Below the pieces are notes generated by a model. It did no database searches, was not told the DNA's origin, and saw only the letters and a program-made list of their open reading frames with translations. Below, piece after piece: positions 27,312 to 37,488 of a DNA stretch of 64,000 nucleotides. The stretch is from contig BEHD01000009.1 in the NCBI GenBank assembly GCA_002898355.1, positions 21,124 to 85,123 of the forward strand. The letters are read 5' to 3'. The DNA comes from an archaeon HR01 (lineage in GTDB: Archaea; Thermoproteota; Nitrososphaeria_A; Caldarchaeales; Caldarchaeaceae). Made by a program: the position numbers and the translations under genes. Each line of letters starts with the position of its first letter. Within the stretch, counting starts at the first letter, position 1.

Positions 27312-28424
27312 TTGAAGGTTACGAAGATTAGCCCTCTGAAGAGGCTGGTCACGGTTATACCTGAATCGACCCTAGACATCCTCAACCTCTTCATGGTTCT
27401 GGATGTGGATGACGTGGTCTACGCCGAGGTCAGCAGGGAGATGAAGAAGGAGAGGCGGGACGGCTCCGTCGACAGCGAGAGGGTGAGGCTGGAGATAGGC
27501 CTCCAGCTGGAGAGAAAAAGCCTAAACCCCATGATGAAGAGGCTGGAGCTGCTGGGCATAATAAAATACGAGAGCAGAAAGCTGGGGCTTCTGGGAAAAT
27601 ACCACACAATACATGTTAACGTGGGGACGGAGATAACCATCGAGAGCAGGAGAAACTATGCAAGGCTCGAGAGCATGGCCCGCTACTATAGACAGCGGCC
27701 AGAGAATAAGATAGCTGTGGTGCTGCTGGATGATGAAGGCGTCTCAGCCCTCCTCCTAGGACCGCAGTCCGCCGAGACACTCTACCACAGAAGGGTGTCA
27801 ACCGCAGGCAAGCACGACCCCGACGAGAGGTACAAAACCCTGGCCAGCCTATACTCATCGGCTGCCGCAGCCTTGGAAGAAAAACTCGACGCCGAGACAG
27901 AGATACTGCTCTTCGGCCCCGCAGTCTACCTGGAAGACTTTAAGAAACATCTCAGCGGACGTGGCGGCGACCTGCTGGCCCGTGTGAGGAAGTCGGGTTA
28001 TGTGTCGGACTCTTCGGCGGCCGGCCTGTCGGAGATATTGAGGTCGGGCATGCTGAGCGAATATGGTGAGAGGCTGAAGATGGTGGCTGACTCCAAGGCG
28101 GTGGAGGAGCTTCTGGCCAGGATGTCCTCCAGCCCGGATAGGGTGGCGTTGGGGTTTGATGAGGCGGTCTCGGCTTTGGAGATGGCTGCAGTGGATAAGC
28201 TGCTGGTGGCCGAGGACTTTCTATGGGAGAGGCTTCACGAGGAAGAGGTGGCGGGGATGCTGGTGAAGGCTGAAGCCACGGGTGCCGGCGTACAGGTCGT
28301 AGCGTCAGGCTCCGAGCCCTCCGACATCCTCTCATCCCTAGGCGGGGTGGTGGCCCTTCTCAGATACCCTGTGGACCCCAGCCTCCTAAGAAAACCCTCT
28401 AAACAGCCAAATCCTTCAAGGTAA
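27312..28424 (+). CDS. pelA: Pelota (mRNA surveillance / ribosome rescue factor)
   Basis: ORF track 370 aa (TTG start). Sm-like N-domain (DILNLFMVLDVDDVVYA) and eRF1-like C-domain ending GGVVALLRY. Confidence 0.8.
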   Translation: MKVTKISPLKRLVTVIPESTLDILNLFMVLDVDDVVYAEVSREMKKERRDGSVDSERVRLEIGLQLERKSLNPMMKRLELLGIIKYESRKLGLLGKYHTIHVNVGTEITIESRRNYARLESMARYYRQRPENKIAVVLLDDEGVSALLLGPQSAETLYHRRVSTAGKHDPDERYKTLASLYSSAAAALEEKLDAETEILLFGPAVYLEDFKKHLSGRGGDLLARVRKSGYVSDSSAAGLSEILRSGMLSEYGERLKMVADSKAVEELLARMSSSPDRVALGFDEAVSALEMAAVDKLLVAEDFLWERLHEEEVAGMLVKAEATGAGVQVVASGSEPSDILSSLGGVVALLRYPVDPSLLRKPSKQPNPSR

Positions 28425-29568
28425 ATATGTGTATGTTCTCAGGCTTGTTCTGCATATCGCCGACACGCACACCCACCAAGTAGACATCTTTACCCAAGGC
28501 TGCTGCCGAGTCTACAAGCCTCTGGGTTATGACACCGTCGAAAACTATGTAGCGGATAGACTTGTCCTCACCCACCTTTGATGCCAGCTCGCTTACAGGG
28601 ACTCTGGCCAGTTCTTTAAAGTCGTCGGAGAGGAGTACGGCTGTAAGGGTTCCGTCCACATCTCTCGCATAGTTTCTAAGCTCGTGGGGGAGCCCCATCT
28701 TCTCAGCCGCCTGCTGCTGTTGCTCCCTAGCCATTACCGCCTCGCTGGGGCTTGTTGCATGCTGTAACGCATCCTCAATCTCACGGGCCGTCAGCTCCTC
28801 CACCTCCTTGCCATAGGGAGCCCTAGCCACAGCATCCACCTTAGCGGACTGGAGAAGCTCCTGAAGTATGAGGTCGCCTCCCCTGTCACCATCCAAGAAC
28901 GCTATCACCTTCTTCTTCCTTCTAGTGAGGGATGAGATAGTCCTAGGTATCTTAACACCCTCCACAGCTATGACGTTCTTATACCCGTATTTGAGGAGGT
29001 TAATCACGTCAGCCCTGCCCTCAACAACGATTATCTCATCCGACTGGTCTACTTCGGGGCCGGCTGGTAGGTTGTCGGGGCCGTATTCCACAACCTTGGT
29101 TTTGACCAGCGCCTCCTCCAGCTCCTTCAGAACAGAGTCGTCCTCGGGAACTTTCTGCCTCTCCCACATCGCCAATATCTCCTTAGCCCTCTCCACTATC
29201 CTCTTCCTCTTCTCAGCCCTTGTATCCTCTATCTTCTCTATCGTCACCTTGGCCTGGTATGGCCCCACCCTGTCGATGGATTCTATCATGGCGGCTATGA
29301 GGGATGTGGTAAACTTGTCCAGGCTGGTGGGTACCGTTATCTTCCCCACAGCCTTGTTTCCATGGGTTGTCACAGATATCTCAATCCTTCCAATCCTACC
29401 GGTCTTCTGAAGCTCCCGGAGGTCCAGCTCCGAGCTGAATATCCCCTCTGTCTGGCCGAAGACAGCCCCCACCACATCGTTCTTGTCCACGGGGCCGTCC
29501 ACCTCTATCCGCCCCTCGATGACGTATTTAGTAATACTGCTCAACCCAAGCTCATTTAAATAACCCAT
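28399..29568 (-). CDS. dnaG: Archaeal DnaG-type primase (Toprim; exosome-associated)
   Basis: ORF track 389 aa. KYVIEGRIEVDGPVDKNDVVGAVFGQTEG N-terminus and Toprim IIVVEGRADV..DGDRGG. Confidence 0.85.
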   Translation of the reverse strand: MGYLNELGLSSITKYVIEGRIEVDGPVDKNDVVGAVFGQTEGIFSSELDLRELQKTGRIGRIEISVTTHGNKAVGKITVPTSLDKFTTSLIAAMIESIDRVGPYQAKVTIEKIEDTRAEKRKRIVERAKEILAMWERQKVPEDDSVLKELEEALVKTKVVEYGPDNLPAGPEVDQSDEIIVVEGRADVINLLKYGYKNVIAVEGVKIPRTISSLTRRKKKVIAFLDGDRGGDLILQELLQSAKVDAVARAPYGKEVEELTAREIEDALQHATSPSEAVMAREQQQQAAEKMGLPHELRNYARDVDGTLTAVLLSDDFKELARVPVSELASKVGEDKSIRYIVFDGVITQRLVDSAAALGKDVYLVGVRVGDMQNKPENIHIFTLKDLAV

Positions 29569-29740
29569 GAATCACCATATAAAGCCATTTCCCTCTGGGC
29601 TAGGATGGGGCGGCCCAGCATCTTAATCGGTAACTTGAGGGGCTGCAGGCCTAGAAAGCCGGAAAAACGCCTAATGCTATTGTGTGGGCTGTTGGCTAGA
29701 AAGGAGGGGAGGCTCTTAAATATATTCTAGCTTTGCCTTC

Positions 29741-31498
29741 ATGTTCTCTGACATGTTGGGCGCTGATGTTGTGGCGGAGTATCTAGCCCGTGAGGAGGTG
29801 CCGTATGTTGTTGGGCTGCCTGGCCATGCGATATCTTCAACCCTAGACGCTATAGGGAGGAGGGGTTTGAAGATTTTACAGGCTAAGAGCGAGGAGGGTG
29901 CATGCCATCTGGCCGACGGGTTCTTCAGGGCCTCAGGCCGGCCTCTAGTCGTCTTCACCACCGCCGGAGCTGGAGCTACCAACACGGTTCTGGGCGTGGC
30001 CACAGCATACGTAGACTCCTCATCCCTCATCCTCCTCACAGGTGACGTCTCCACATACTTCTACGGATACGGCACTTTCCAGTCGGTGGAGAGAGGTGGC
30101 CTAGGTGATTTCAACTCTATCATCAGGCCGGTCGTCAAAGGAAGCTTCCGCATCACCTCCGAGGAGCAGATAGCCGACACCCTCCACAGGGCTTTCAAGC
30201 TCGCCCTCACAGGCAGACCTGGCCCCGTCCACGTCAGCATACCCATGGATATAGCGTTGAGGGAGGTGGAGGCCGAGATACCGGAACCGGCCAGAAGAAA
30301 ACCCCATGGAAGAATTAGGGGGGATGAGGAGGCGTTAAAGAATGTTGCGAAACTGCTGGTCCATGCATCTAGGCCGGCAATACTGGCCGGTGGAGGCGTA
30401 GCCATCTCCGGGGCCTCAGACGAGCTAGTCGAACTGGCGGAGTATCTGGGCATACCTATTCTCACCACGGAGCTGGGTCTGGGCAAGGGAGTGATACCTG
30501 AAGACCACGAGCTATGCGCCTACTACCCAGGCGTCCCCGGCTCCTCCGTCGGTAACGCGATAGCCTCGACGGCGGACGTCATACTGGCGGTAGGCTGCAG
30601 GTTCACAGAATTCGTCACGAGCTCATACAAGAGAGGTGTCACATTCAACATACCTCCCACCAAGCTGATTCAGATAGACATAGACCCTGCGGAGATTGGT
30701 AAGAACTATCCGGTTGAGCTTGGGATAGTCTCGGACGCCAAGGCAGCCCTGAGGGATATCCTAGCATATGTGAAGGAGCTGACACCCAAAAGGGACTATC
30801 GTGGGACAGAGTACTTTATGGAGCTGAAGAGGTTGAGGGAGGAGTGGTTCAGGGATGTGGAGAAGATAACCTCAGAGCCATCCCTCACCATAGCTACGCT
30901 AGTCAAGGAGCTGAGGGAGGTCCTGGATAGAACAGCGATAGTTGTTACAAGCACCTCCTACTCCATCTCGGTGGTCAGCCAGTTGTTCCCCGTCTATATG
31001 CCCCGATGCCACATCGCCTCAGGCGGTTTCGGACCCATGGGCTTCGCATTACCCGCGGCCTTGGGCGCCAAGCTGGCCAGAAGAGACAGACAGGTGGTTG
31101 CAGTGGATGGTGACGGCTCGTTCCTCTTCAGGGTCGGAGAGCTGGCCACGGCGGTCCAGTACGATATCCCCGTCCTCACAATAGTGTGCAACAACGCTGG
31201 CTTCATATCTGTGAAGGATAGCCAGGTCTACATGTTTGACAGAAGCTTCGCTGTTGATTTCATGACGCCTGATGGGAGGCTGTATAGACCCGACTACGCC
31301 AAGATTGCTGAAGCCTTCAGATGCCATGGGGAGACAGTGCGTAGGCGGGAGGAGGTTAAGGAGGCGGTGAAGCGTTGTCTATCCTCCGGCAGGCCTGCGG
31401 TTATAGACGCTGTCGTGGCCCGTGACTTCCCGAAGACAGGGACCAAACACTACGGCTTCTGGCATGGTGTCAGCAAGGAACCCTACAGACCTAGGTGA
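29741..31498 (+). CDS. Thiamine-diphosphate enzyme of the acetolactate synthase/sulfoacetaldehyde acetyltransferase family
   Basis: ORF track 585 aa. N-terminal Pyr domain and TPP motif GDGSF..NNAG. No small-subunit gene adjacent. Confidence 0.8.
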   Translation: MFSDMLGADVVAEYLAREEVPYVVGLPGHAISSTLDAIGRRGLKILQAKSEEGACHLADGFFRASGRPLVVFTTAGAGATNTVLGVATAYVDSSSLILLTGDVSTYFYGYGTFQSVERGGLGDFNSIIRPVVKGSFRITSEEQIADTLHRAFKLALTGRPGPVHVSIPMDIALREVEAEIPEPARRKPHGRIRGDEEALKNVAKLLVHASRPAILAGGGVAISGASDELVELAEYLGIPILTTELGLGKGVIPEDHELCAYYPGVPGSSVGNAIASTADVILAVGCRFTEFVTSSYKRGVTFNIPPTKLIQIDIDPAEIGKNYPVELGIVSDAKAALRDILAYVKELTPKRDYRGTEYFMELKRLREEWFRDVEKITSEPSLTIATLVKELREVLDRTAIVVTSTSYSISVVSQLFPVYMPRCHIASGGFGPMGFALPAALGAKLARRDRQVVAVDGDGSFLFRVGELATAVQYDIPVLTIVCNNAGFISVKDSQVYMFDRSFAVDFMTPDGRLYRPDYAKIAEAFRCHGETVRRREEVKEAVKRCLSSGRPAVIDAVVARDFPKTGTKHYGFWHGVSKEPYRPR

Positions 31499-32270
31499 GA
31501 AGCCTCACAGCATCTATAGGCTTTACACCCTGATGGATGACGGCCGCCAAGGCCTCCGTAATCTTGCCGGGACTCGGATGGTCGAAGATGTTGCGGCCTA
31601 CAGCAGCCCCTGAGCCGCCCGCCTTTATGCTGGATGCTATCGCCTCCAAAAAGTCTAGGTCTGAATCCGCTTTTTCACCGCCTAAGACCACTATGGGTAT
31701 GGGGCATGCCTCGACCACCGTGCGGAAGTCCTCAACGCTTCCTGTGTAGAAGGTTTTGATGAAGTCGGCTCCGTATTCGGCGGCTATCCGGGAGACCCTC
31801 CTGATATTGTCGGGGTCGAGGGGGTTGGGTGTCTTCTCACTCTTCACAGGATACATCTCGGCTAGGACAGGCATTCCATAATCCTCTGCAGCCCTTGTGA
31901 GCGCCCAGAGAACCTCCAGCTCCCTCTGCTGGTTTTCCGTCCCCATCGTCACGAAGAGTTTTACCGCGTCGACGCCGAGTCTTGAAGCTGTCGAGACGCT
32001 CTCCACCACCGTCTGTGGAGACCTATCCTGCAGAGTGAGTATCCACCCCAGCCCCTTCCTTGCTAGGGAGGGTGCATAGTTCTTGATTATGCCCAGCGTA
32101 GTCATCACAGCATCCGCTCCGCCGCCGATAACCTCAGCCAAAACCCTGCCCGCATCCTGTGAACCCTTGGTGGGGCCCATGAACGCTCCATGGTCGAATG
32201 CGAATATCAGAGACCTCCCATCCCCTCGGAATATCTGTGACATCCTCAGCTTCTTCCCCACATTCGACAC
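31491..32270 (-). CDS. DhnA-type class I aldolase (FBP aldolase / ADH synthase family)
   Basis: ORF track 259 aa. LIFAFDHGAFMGP, GADFIKT (Schiff-base Lys), AAVGRNIF. Resembles MJ0400-family proteins. Confidence 0.8.
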   Translation of the reverse strand: MSNVGKKLRMSQIFRGDGRSLIFAFDHGAFMGPTKGSQDAGRVLAEVIGGGADAVMTTLGIIKNYAPSLARKGLGWILTLQDRSPQTVVESVSTASRLGVDAVKLFVTMGTENQQRELEVLWALTRAAEDYGMPVLAEMYPVKSEKTPNPLDPDNIRRVSRIAAEYGADFIKTFYTGSVEDFRTVVEACPIPIVVLGGEKADSDLDFLEAIASSIKAGGSGAAVGRNIFDHPSPGKITEALAAVIHQGVKPIDAVRLLT

Positions 32271-32287
32271 AGCCCGCCAACCCCCTT

Positions 32288-33319
32288 CTAAGGCAGAATC
32301 ATCACTTTAAGCCCTTTCCTCTCGGTGTGTATTCTGAAGCCCTCCTCAATTCTCTCCAGTGGAAGCCTGTGGGTTATCAGGCTTCTAACATCTATTGCAC
32401 GCCTTTCGAGGAGGCGGATGGCTGTCCTGATGTCCTGCTTGGTGCTGCTGAAGCTGCCTGTGATAACCAGCTCCCTATAGTGTATCAGGTTGGGGTCTAG
32501 GGATATCTCGCTGTGTGGGTGGGTGGATGCGAAGATGTTGAGGGTGCCTGTCTTCCCCAAGGTTTTAAGCCCCGTCTCGATGGCCTGCCTGCCCCCAATC
32601 GCTGTGATGACTTGGTCCAGCCCCTCACCCCTCGTGAGCTCTTCAACATACTTCACCGCATCCCTCTCACTTACGTTAACCACGTAGTCTGCTCCAAGCT
32701 TCTCAGCCATCTTAAGCCTCTCATCGAGCATGTCGAAAGCCACCACCCTAGCACCTCTAAGCTTAGCCAGCTGAACATGCATAAGCCCTATCTGGCCCAC
32801 CCCAACTATGCCCGTGTAGTCGCCGGGCCTTATCCGGCATTTCATAATGCCGTTAACACATGCGGCCAGAGGCTCTGTGAAAGCAGCCTCCTCAAACTCT
32901 ATATCCGCCTCATACCGCATCATCTTATCGGGGTAGGCTGCGATATATTCGCCGAAGCCGAAGTATCGTGGTCTATACAGCTGGATGTTGGAGCAGAGGT
33001 TGTCATGGCCTGTGATGCAGTATTTGCATACGCCGCAGGGCTTGATAAAAACCCCAGCCACCCTGTCGCCCGGTTTGAGGTGGAAAACTTTCCTACCCAC
33101 CGACTCCACCACACCAGCCACTTCATGCCCTGATATGCCTACGGCAGGCAGGGATACCCATACGTTCTCTCCTGTGTATACCCTGATATCTACGGGGCAT
33201 ATGCCGCAAGCCTTAACACGGACCAGTAACTGGTCGTCCTCGGGCTGGGGGATGGGGGCATCCTCAACCCTCACATCCCTCACCCCATACATTACAGCCG
33301 CCTTCACAACATCTACCAC
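32288..33319 (-). CDS. Zn-dependent alcohol/polyol dehydrogenase (MDR family)
   Basis: ORF track 343 aa. CGICPVD, GHEVAGVV, CGVCKYC, GVGQIG. Confidence 0.85.
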   Translation of the reverse strand: MVDVVKAAVMYGVRDVRVEDAPIPQPEDDQLLVRVKACGICPVDIRVYTGENVWVSLPAVGISGHEVAGVVESVGRKVFHLKPGDRVAGVFIKPCGVCKYCITGHDNLCSNIQLYRPRYFGFGEYIAAYPDKMMRYEADIEFEEAAFTEPLAACVNGIMKCRIRPGDYTGIVGVGQIGLMHVQLAKLRGARVVAFDMLDERLKMAEKLGADYVVNVSERDAVKYVEELTRGEGLDQVITAIGGRQAIETGLKTLGKTGTLNIFASTHPHSEISLDPNLIHYRELVITGSFSSTKQDIRTAIRLLERRAIDVRSLITHRLPLERIEEGFRIHTERKGLKVMILP

Positions 33320-33416
33320 AACTACCGCTCAATTATAGTTAAAGGAATACCGCCTAGAATGGGTAGCTACACACAATAGCGATATATTCACGGCCTAATC
33401 CACGTATCATCAGGAC

Positions 33417-33758
33417 TTGAGGGTGAAGGTTTACTGGAAGCCCACCTGCCAGACCTGCCGGCGAGTAGCCGAGAGGCTTAGGAAGCAGGGTGTCGAGATG
33501 GAGCTCGTCAACATGTTTCAGGAGCCTCCAGACAGAAAAACTCTCGAATCCCTGGCCAGAAGATATGGCGCACGCAATATTCTCCGAAGGAGGAGCAGAC
33601 ACTACAGGGCGGAAAGATTTGACCAGCTCTCCGACGAGGAGATACTGGACAGGGTCTCCAAAAATACAGACCTGCTGAGACGCCCCGTGATAGTGCTGGG
33701 AGGCAGGGCTATCCTCGGAGACCGTGAGGAGGAGCTGCGGGGTGCTGGCCTAGTCTAG
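33417..33758 (+). CDS. ArsC/Spx/YffB-family thioredoxin-fold protein
   Basis: ORF track 113 aa. VKVYWKPTCQTCRRV N-terminus. The start may be GTG 33423. Confidence 0.75.
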   Translation: MRVKVYWKPTCQTCRRVAERLRKQGVEMELVNMFQEPPDRKTLESLARRYGARNILRRRSRHYRAERFDQLSDEEILDRVSKNTDLLRRPVIVLGGRAILGDREEELRGAGLV

Positions 33759-34913
33759 GCCGTGCCGTCTCTCCCACATCTCGCGAGCCAGCCCACCATC
33801 CCTCGTGTAGAGGTGCAGAGTATCCCTCGCCTCCTCCCTCCTCCGGCTAAACTCCTCAAGAAAAGAGGTAACCTTCTCAATCAGAATCTCCTTCATCTCC
33901 CCGCTGAGACAGCGGCCACTCCGGTAATCCTCCCTAAGCTTCTCAACCTTCCTGTCGTCCTCCTCGAAGAAGTAGTAGAGCCACTGGAAGGCCACATCCG
34001 CATCCGGGTTTCCGCCCAGCCTTCTATGCTGCTCCACCGTTGGCTGGCCGCCGGAAAAAGCCTGCCATATCTTCTTTCTCACAGTCTTCGGGTCGTCGCT
34101 AAGGAACACGGCCGACTCTGGCTGTGAGGCGCTCATCTTCCCCGTGGGCCCGGTGAGTGGCATGAGAAACCTGCTATGTATCGCCGCAGCCTTGTAAAAC
34201 CCCAGCCCCTCAGCTATATCCCTCTGAATCCTCCAGTAGGGGTCTTGGTCGATGGCCGCCGGTATAAGACATCTACGCCTCTCAAATAGGGCGGGGACTA
34301 TCTGGATAGCTGGGAAGAAGACCATGCCTATGTTAGTCTGCTCGTTGAACCCGAAAACCGCCCGCACCCAGCTGAAGTTTATCTTCCTAGCCACCTTAAG
34401 AACCAGAGGCAGCATATTCCCAAGATACTCCGTGTTCCTGAAGATGAACGTCCTGTCAGGGTTGAAGCCTACAGCTGCAATATCCAGCATATTCTCATAG
34501 GACCACCTGGAAGTATCCTCCAACGTGAGGCCCCGACTCTCCTCCAGAAACTTCTCATCATCCGTCATCTGTATGTACAGGTTGACGTTGAATCGGTCCT
34601 GAAGCCATTTAGTGAAGTAGAAAGGTATTATATGGCCGACATGCATGGGGCCGCTGGGGCCCCGCCCCGTATAGAGGTAGAAACCCCTGCCCGCGGAGTA
34701 GTCATCAAGAACAAGGTTGAGGTCCCTATGGGAGAAAAATATCCGCCTGCGGAGCATGTGGTTGGAGTCTCCCGCAAGGCTGGTAAGCCGGGCCATCAGC
34801 TCATCCGATATAAGCTCGGTGCCGAAAAGCCTGACAAGCCGCTCATAGTCGACAACCCCCTCCACCTCCCAAGGCGTAACCCTAAATGACTCGTCAACAC
34901 CCTCCATATCCAT
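33750..34913 (-). CDS. trpS: Tryptophan--tRNA ligase (archaeal/eukaryal type)
   Basis: ORF track 387 aa. VTPWEVEG, GPSGPMHVGHIIPF (HIGH-like), KMSASQP (KMSAS). Confidence 0.9.
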   Translation of the reverse strand: MDMEGVDESFRVTPWEVEGVVDYERLVRLFGTELISDELMARLTSLAGDSNHMLRRRIFFSHRDLNLVLDDYSAGRGFYLYTGRGPSGPMHVGHIIPFYFTKWLQDRFNVNLYIQMTDDEKFLEESRGLTLEDTSRWSYENMLDIAAVGFNPDRTFIFRNTEYLGNMLPLVLKVARKINFSWVRAVFGFNEQTNIGMVFFPAIQIVPALFERRRCLIPAAIDQDPYWRIQRDIAEGLGFYKAAAIHSRFLMPLTGPTGKMSASQPESAVFLSDDPKTVRKKIWQAFSGGQPTVEQHRRLGGNPDADVAFQWLYYFFEEDDRKVEKLREDYRSGRCLSGEMKEILIEKVTSFLEEFSRRREEARDTLHLYTRDGGLAREMWERRHGLD

Positions 34914-35056
34914 CCATCACCTCGGCAAGCTGGCAGAAACCTACCAGTCTAAAGCCAAAGACACCCACCCGACACAGCCGCCAACATGCAGGCCACCAAT
35001 AGGGATAGCCGTGATAAAAACCTGATGGTACTTTAAAAGCTAGCCCCTCGCAGTCT

Positions 35057-35503
35057 TTGGGGGTGGATAGGGTGAGTGGCGCTATAGCGTCCAAGAGGTT
35101 TTCGGATGAGTTCGCCTCCCTACTCGACAGGGTGGTCAAGGCCGTTACATCCACCGGCGCATATACCGGCAGGGTTCTAGCCTACAACCCCAGCGATTAC
35201 AGCCTCTGGCTCGCCGATGCCAGAGATGAGCAGGGAAACATCTACTCCAAGGTGTTCCTCTCGGGCCACAGCATCGCCAGGGTTGAGATGGTGGAGAAGG
35301 GTCCGGACCTTTCACAGCTCGTGGAGAGGCTTAACAGGCTATTCCCCAACCTTGTAACCTACTTGAAGGAGTCTGACACGATCGTGGTGATGGACCGTAT
35401 ACGTGTATCAAGGGAGGGGGTTGTAGGCGAGGGCCCGGTGGCTGAGAGGGTCAGGAAGGTCTACGAGGATTTTATGAAGGAGATGCAGGCTAAGAAGCTA
35501 TAG
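35057..35503 (+). CDS. Hypothetical protein (148 aa)
   Basis: ORF track. TTTAAAAG TATA about 25 nt upstream. No family recognised. Confidence 0.45.
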   Translation: MGVDRVSGAIASKRFSDEFASLLDRVVKAVTSTGAYTGRVLAYNPSDYSLWLADARDEQGNIYSKVFLSGHSIARVEMVEKGPDLSQLVERLNRLFPNLVTYLKESDTIVVMDRIRVSREGVVGEGPVAERVRKVYEDFMKEMQAKKL

Positions 35504-35764
35504 GAAGCTCTCCTTCCTAGGCCGCCAGCTGAAGAGGGGAGGTATAGGCTCCTTCCTCACCTCCCGCATAAAGATGGCTATTCCAGGCATCGTCATAGAG
35601 GCTCCTAGGAGGGATGCATAGAGGGGTAGGAGGCTATTCATAAGGAAACCCCTCAGAGCCGTATCGCCCAGCCAGTATAGGAGAATAGGTATGTTGGATA
35701 CGGATAGACCCGAGAAGGCCAGTAGAAGGGCCGCCCTCTTTAACTGCACGTATACAGCCTCCAT
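35498..35764 (-). CDS. Possible small membrane protein (88 aa)
   Basis: ORF track. Three hydrophobic segments. No family recognised. Confidence 0.35.
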   Translation of the reverse strand: MEAVYVQLKRAALLLAFSGLSVSNIPILLYWLGDTALRGFLMNSLLPLYASLLGASMTMPGIAIFMREVRKEPIPPLFSWRPRKESFL

Positions 35765-35886
35765 AGCCCATATCTATAAGCTTTCAGAGGTGAATCAGCT
35801 GATATAATCCAGATGTATTATCAAGGGAGCTTTAGGGTAACAATACACCCGTGAAACCTATAATAGTATGACTGGCCACGGCATAT

Positions 35887-37446
35887 GTGTCATCCAACAG
35901 GAGCATAGAGAAGGCCTTAGACTTCCATGAGCTGACCAAGCACTCGTACGTGAGTGTGAGAACCAAGGCCCACTGGCTTGACTGGGGGAACAGGCCATAC
36001 CCCTTCAAAATCTATAAGAACCTCCAGCTCCTGCGCCTGCCCCACGACTTTCCTAAGCCTGAGATGGACACCCTCCAAGCCCTTACGACAGCCCAGGAAA
36101 TAGATGGTGGAAGGCTGGATGTTAAAACCCTGGCCAGCCTCCTCTTCTTCACGGCAGGTATAACCCGTGTCAAAAAATATCCTGAGGGAAGCATCTATTT
36201 CAGGGCTGCGCCTGCAACGGGCGCCCTCTACCCCATCGAGATATATGTTGTGGCCGGAGACGTGGACGGCCTTGATAATGGCATATACCACTTCAGCCCA
36301 GACCGGTTCGGGCTAACCCGTATCAGGGATGGCGACTACCGATGGGAGCTGGGATTAAACTCATCTAGGGAGGTGTGGAGCTCTCAGGCCTCCCTCGTCT
36401 TCACATCGATAGGATGGCGTAACGCATGGAAATACACCGAGAGGTCCTACAGACACTGGTTCTGGGATTCGGGTGTGATGGTGGCCAACCTGCTGGCGGT
36501 CTCTTCAGCCCTTAAATTGGGTTGCCGTCTGTTGGTGGGTTTTGTGGACAAGGCCGTAAACAGGCTGGTGGCGGTGGATGGTAGGAGAGAGGCATCCATA
36601 CTGGTGGTGCCTTTGGGTAAAACCAGTCTACAGCCTGTACGGCAGGCCGAGGCCCCGCCGTTAAATCCCGAGACCCAGCCCCTCTCCAGGAGAGAGGTCG
36701 AATACCCTGCAATATACGAGATTCACGAGGCCTCAACCCTAGCCGACGGCGATGAAGTGGGTGAGTGGGTGAGGGCCTGCCAGACACAATCCACGGAATG
36801 GGAGGCGGCCGTGTTTAACCCTCCTCAGGGTATAAGCTCCCAGCCCCTCTGGCAGACCATCCTTAGAAGAGGCTCCACCCGCATCTTCTCCAAACGGCCA
36901 ATATCGGATACTCAGCTCAGAACCATCCTGGCCTGCTGCAGCGGCCCCATCAACGCCGACTTCCTGCCACCCCGTAGCTCATACATATCCATCTACTTCA
37001 TAGCCAACAACGTGGAAGGGCTGAGGCCTGGAGCATACTTCTTCAACAGGGTGACGGGTGAGCTGGAGCTGTTGAAGCCGGGCGAGTTTAGAAGAGTGGC
37101 CGGCTATCTCTGTCTAGAGCAGGCCCTCGGAGCCGACGCCTCAGCCGTATTCTTCCTCATGACACCTCTCAGCAAGGTCTTGGAGCGGATGGGTAACAGA
37201 GGCTATAGAGCCGTCCAGCTGGAGGCTGGTATTATAGCCGGGAGGATATATCTCGCATCATACGGGCAGGGGCTGGGCTCCACAGGTCTCACCTTCTACG
37301 ATGACGATGTCACAGAGTTCTTCTCACCCCATGCCAAGGAGAAAAGCAACATGCTGGTCGTGGCCGTAGGTGTCCCAGCCTACAAGTCAAGGCCCGGAGA
37401 CTTCTTCCTAGATATAAGCCAACATCCAGCTACGGGGACTTGGTAG
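35887..37446 (+). CDS. SagB/ThcOx-family (double nitroreductase-fold) dehydrogenase
   Basis: ORF track 519 aa. N-terminal FHELTKHSYVS..WGNRPYPFKIY is the SagB-type signature. Second nitroreductase-like half contains RRGSTRIF. Confidence 0.75.
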   Translation: MSSNRSIEKALDFHELTKHSYVSVRTKAHWLDWGNRPYPFKIYKNLQLLRLPHDFPKPEMDTLQALTTAQEIDGGRLDVKTLASLLFFTAGITRVKKYPEGSIYFRAAPATGALYPIEIYVVAGDVDGLDNGIYHFSPDRFGLTRIRDGDYRWELGLNSSREVWSSQASLVFTSIGWRNAWKYTERSYRHWFWDSGVMVANLLAVSSALKLGCRLLVGFVDKAVNRLVAVDGRREASILVVPLGKTSLQPVRQAEAPPLNPETQPLSRREVEYPAIYEIHEASTLADGDEVGEWVRACQTQSTEWEAAVFNPPQGISSQPLWQTILRRGSTRIFSKRPISDTQLRTILACCSGPINADFLPPRSSYISIYFIANNVEGLRPGAYFFNRVTGELELLKPGEFRRVAGYLCLEQALGADASAVFFLMTPLSKVLERMGNRGYRAVQLEAGIIAGRIYLASYGQGLGSTGLTFYDDDVTEFFSPHAKEKSNMLVVAVGVPAYKSRPGDFFLDISQHPATGTW

Positions 37447-37488
37447 CTTGATAGAATTCATATACTGTTCAGGGTTTAGGGGTTCAGA

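Noticed and set aside
29569-29740. GC-rich hairpins (CTGGGC-12 nt-GCCCAG, and others) in the dnaG/TPP-enzyme intergenic region as a possible sRNA; also looked for C/D-box (RUGAUGA..CUGA) and H/ACA features here and at 35765-35886, 44877-45001, 49734-49852
   Set aside because: No convincing C/C'/D/D' box set, K-turn or ACA box was found by eye. The regions are divergent promoters, where short dyads are common. A covariance-model scan would be needed to settle it.
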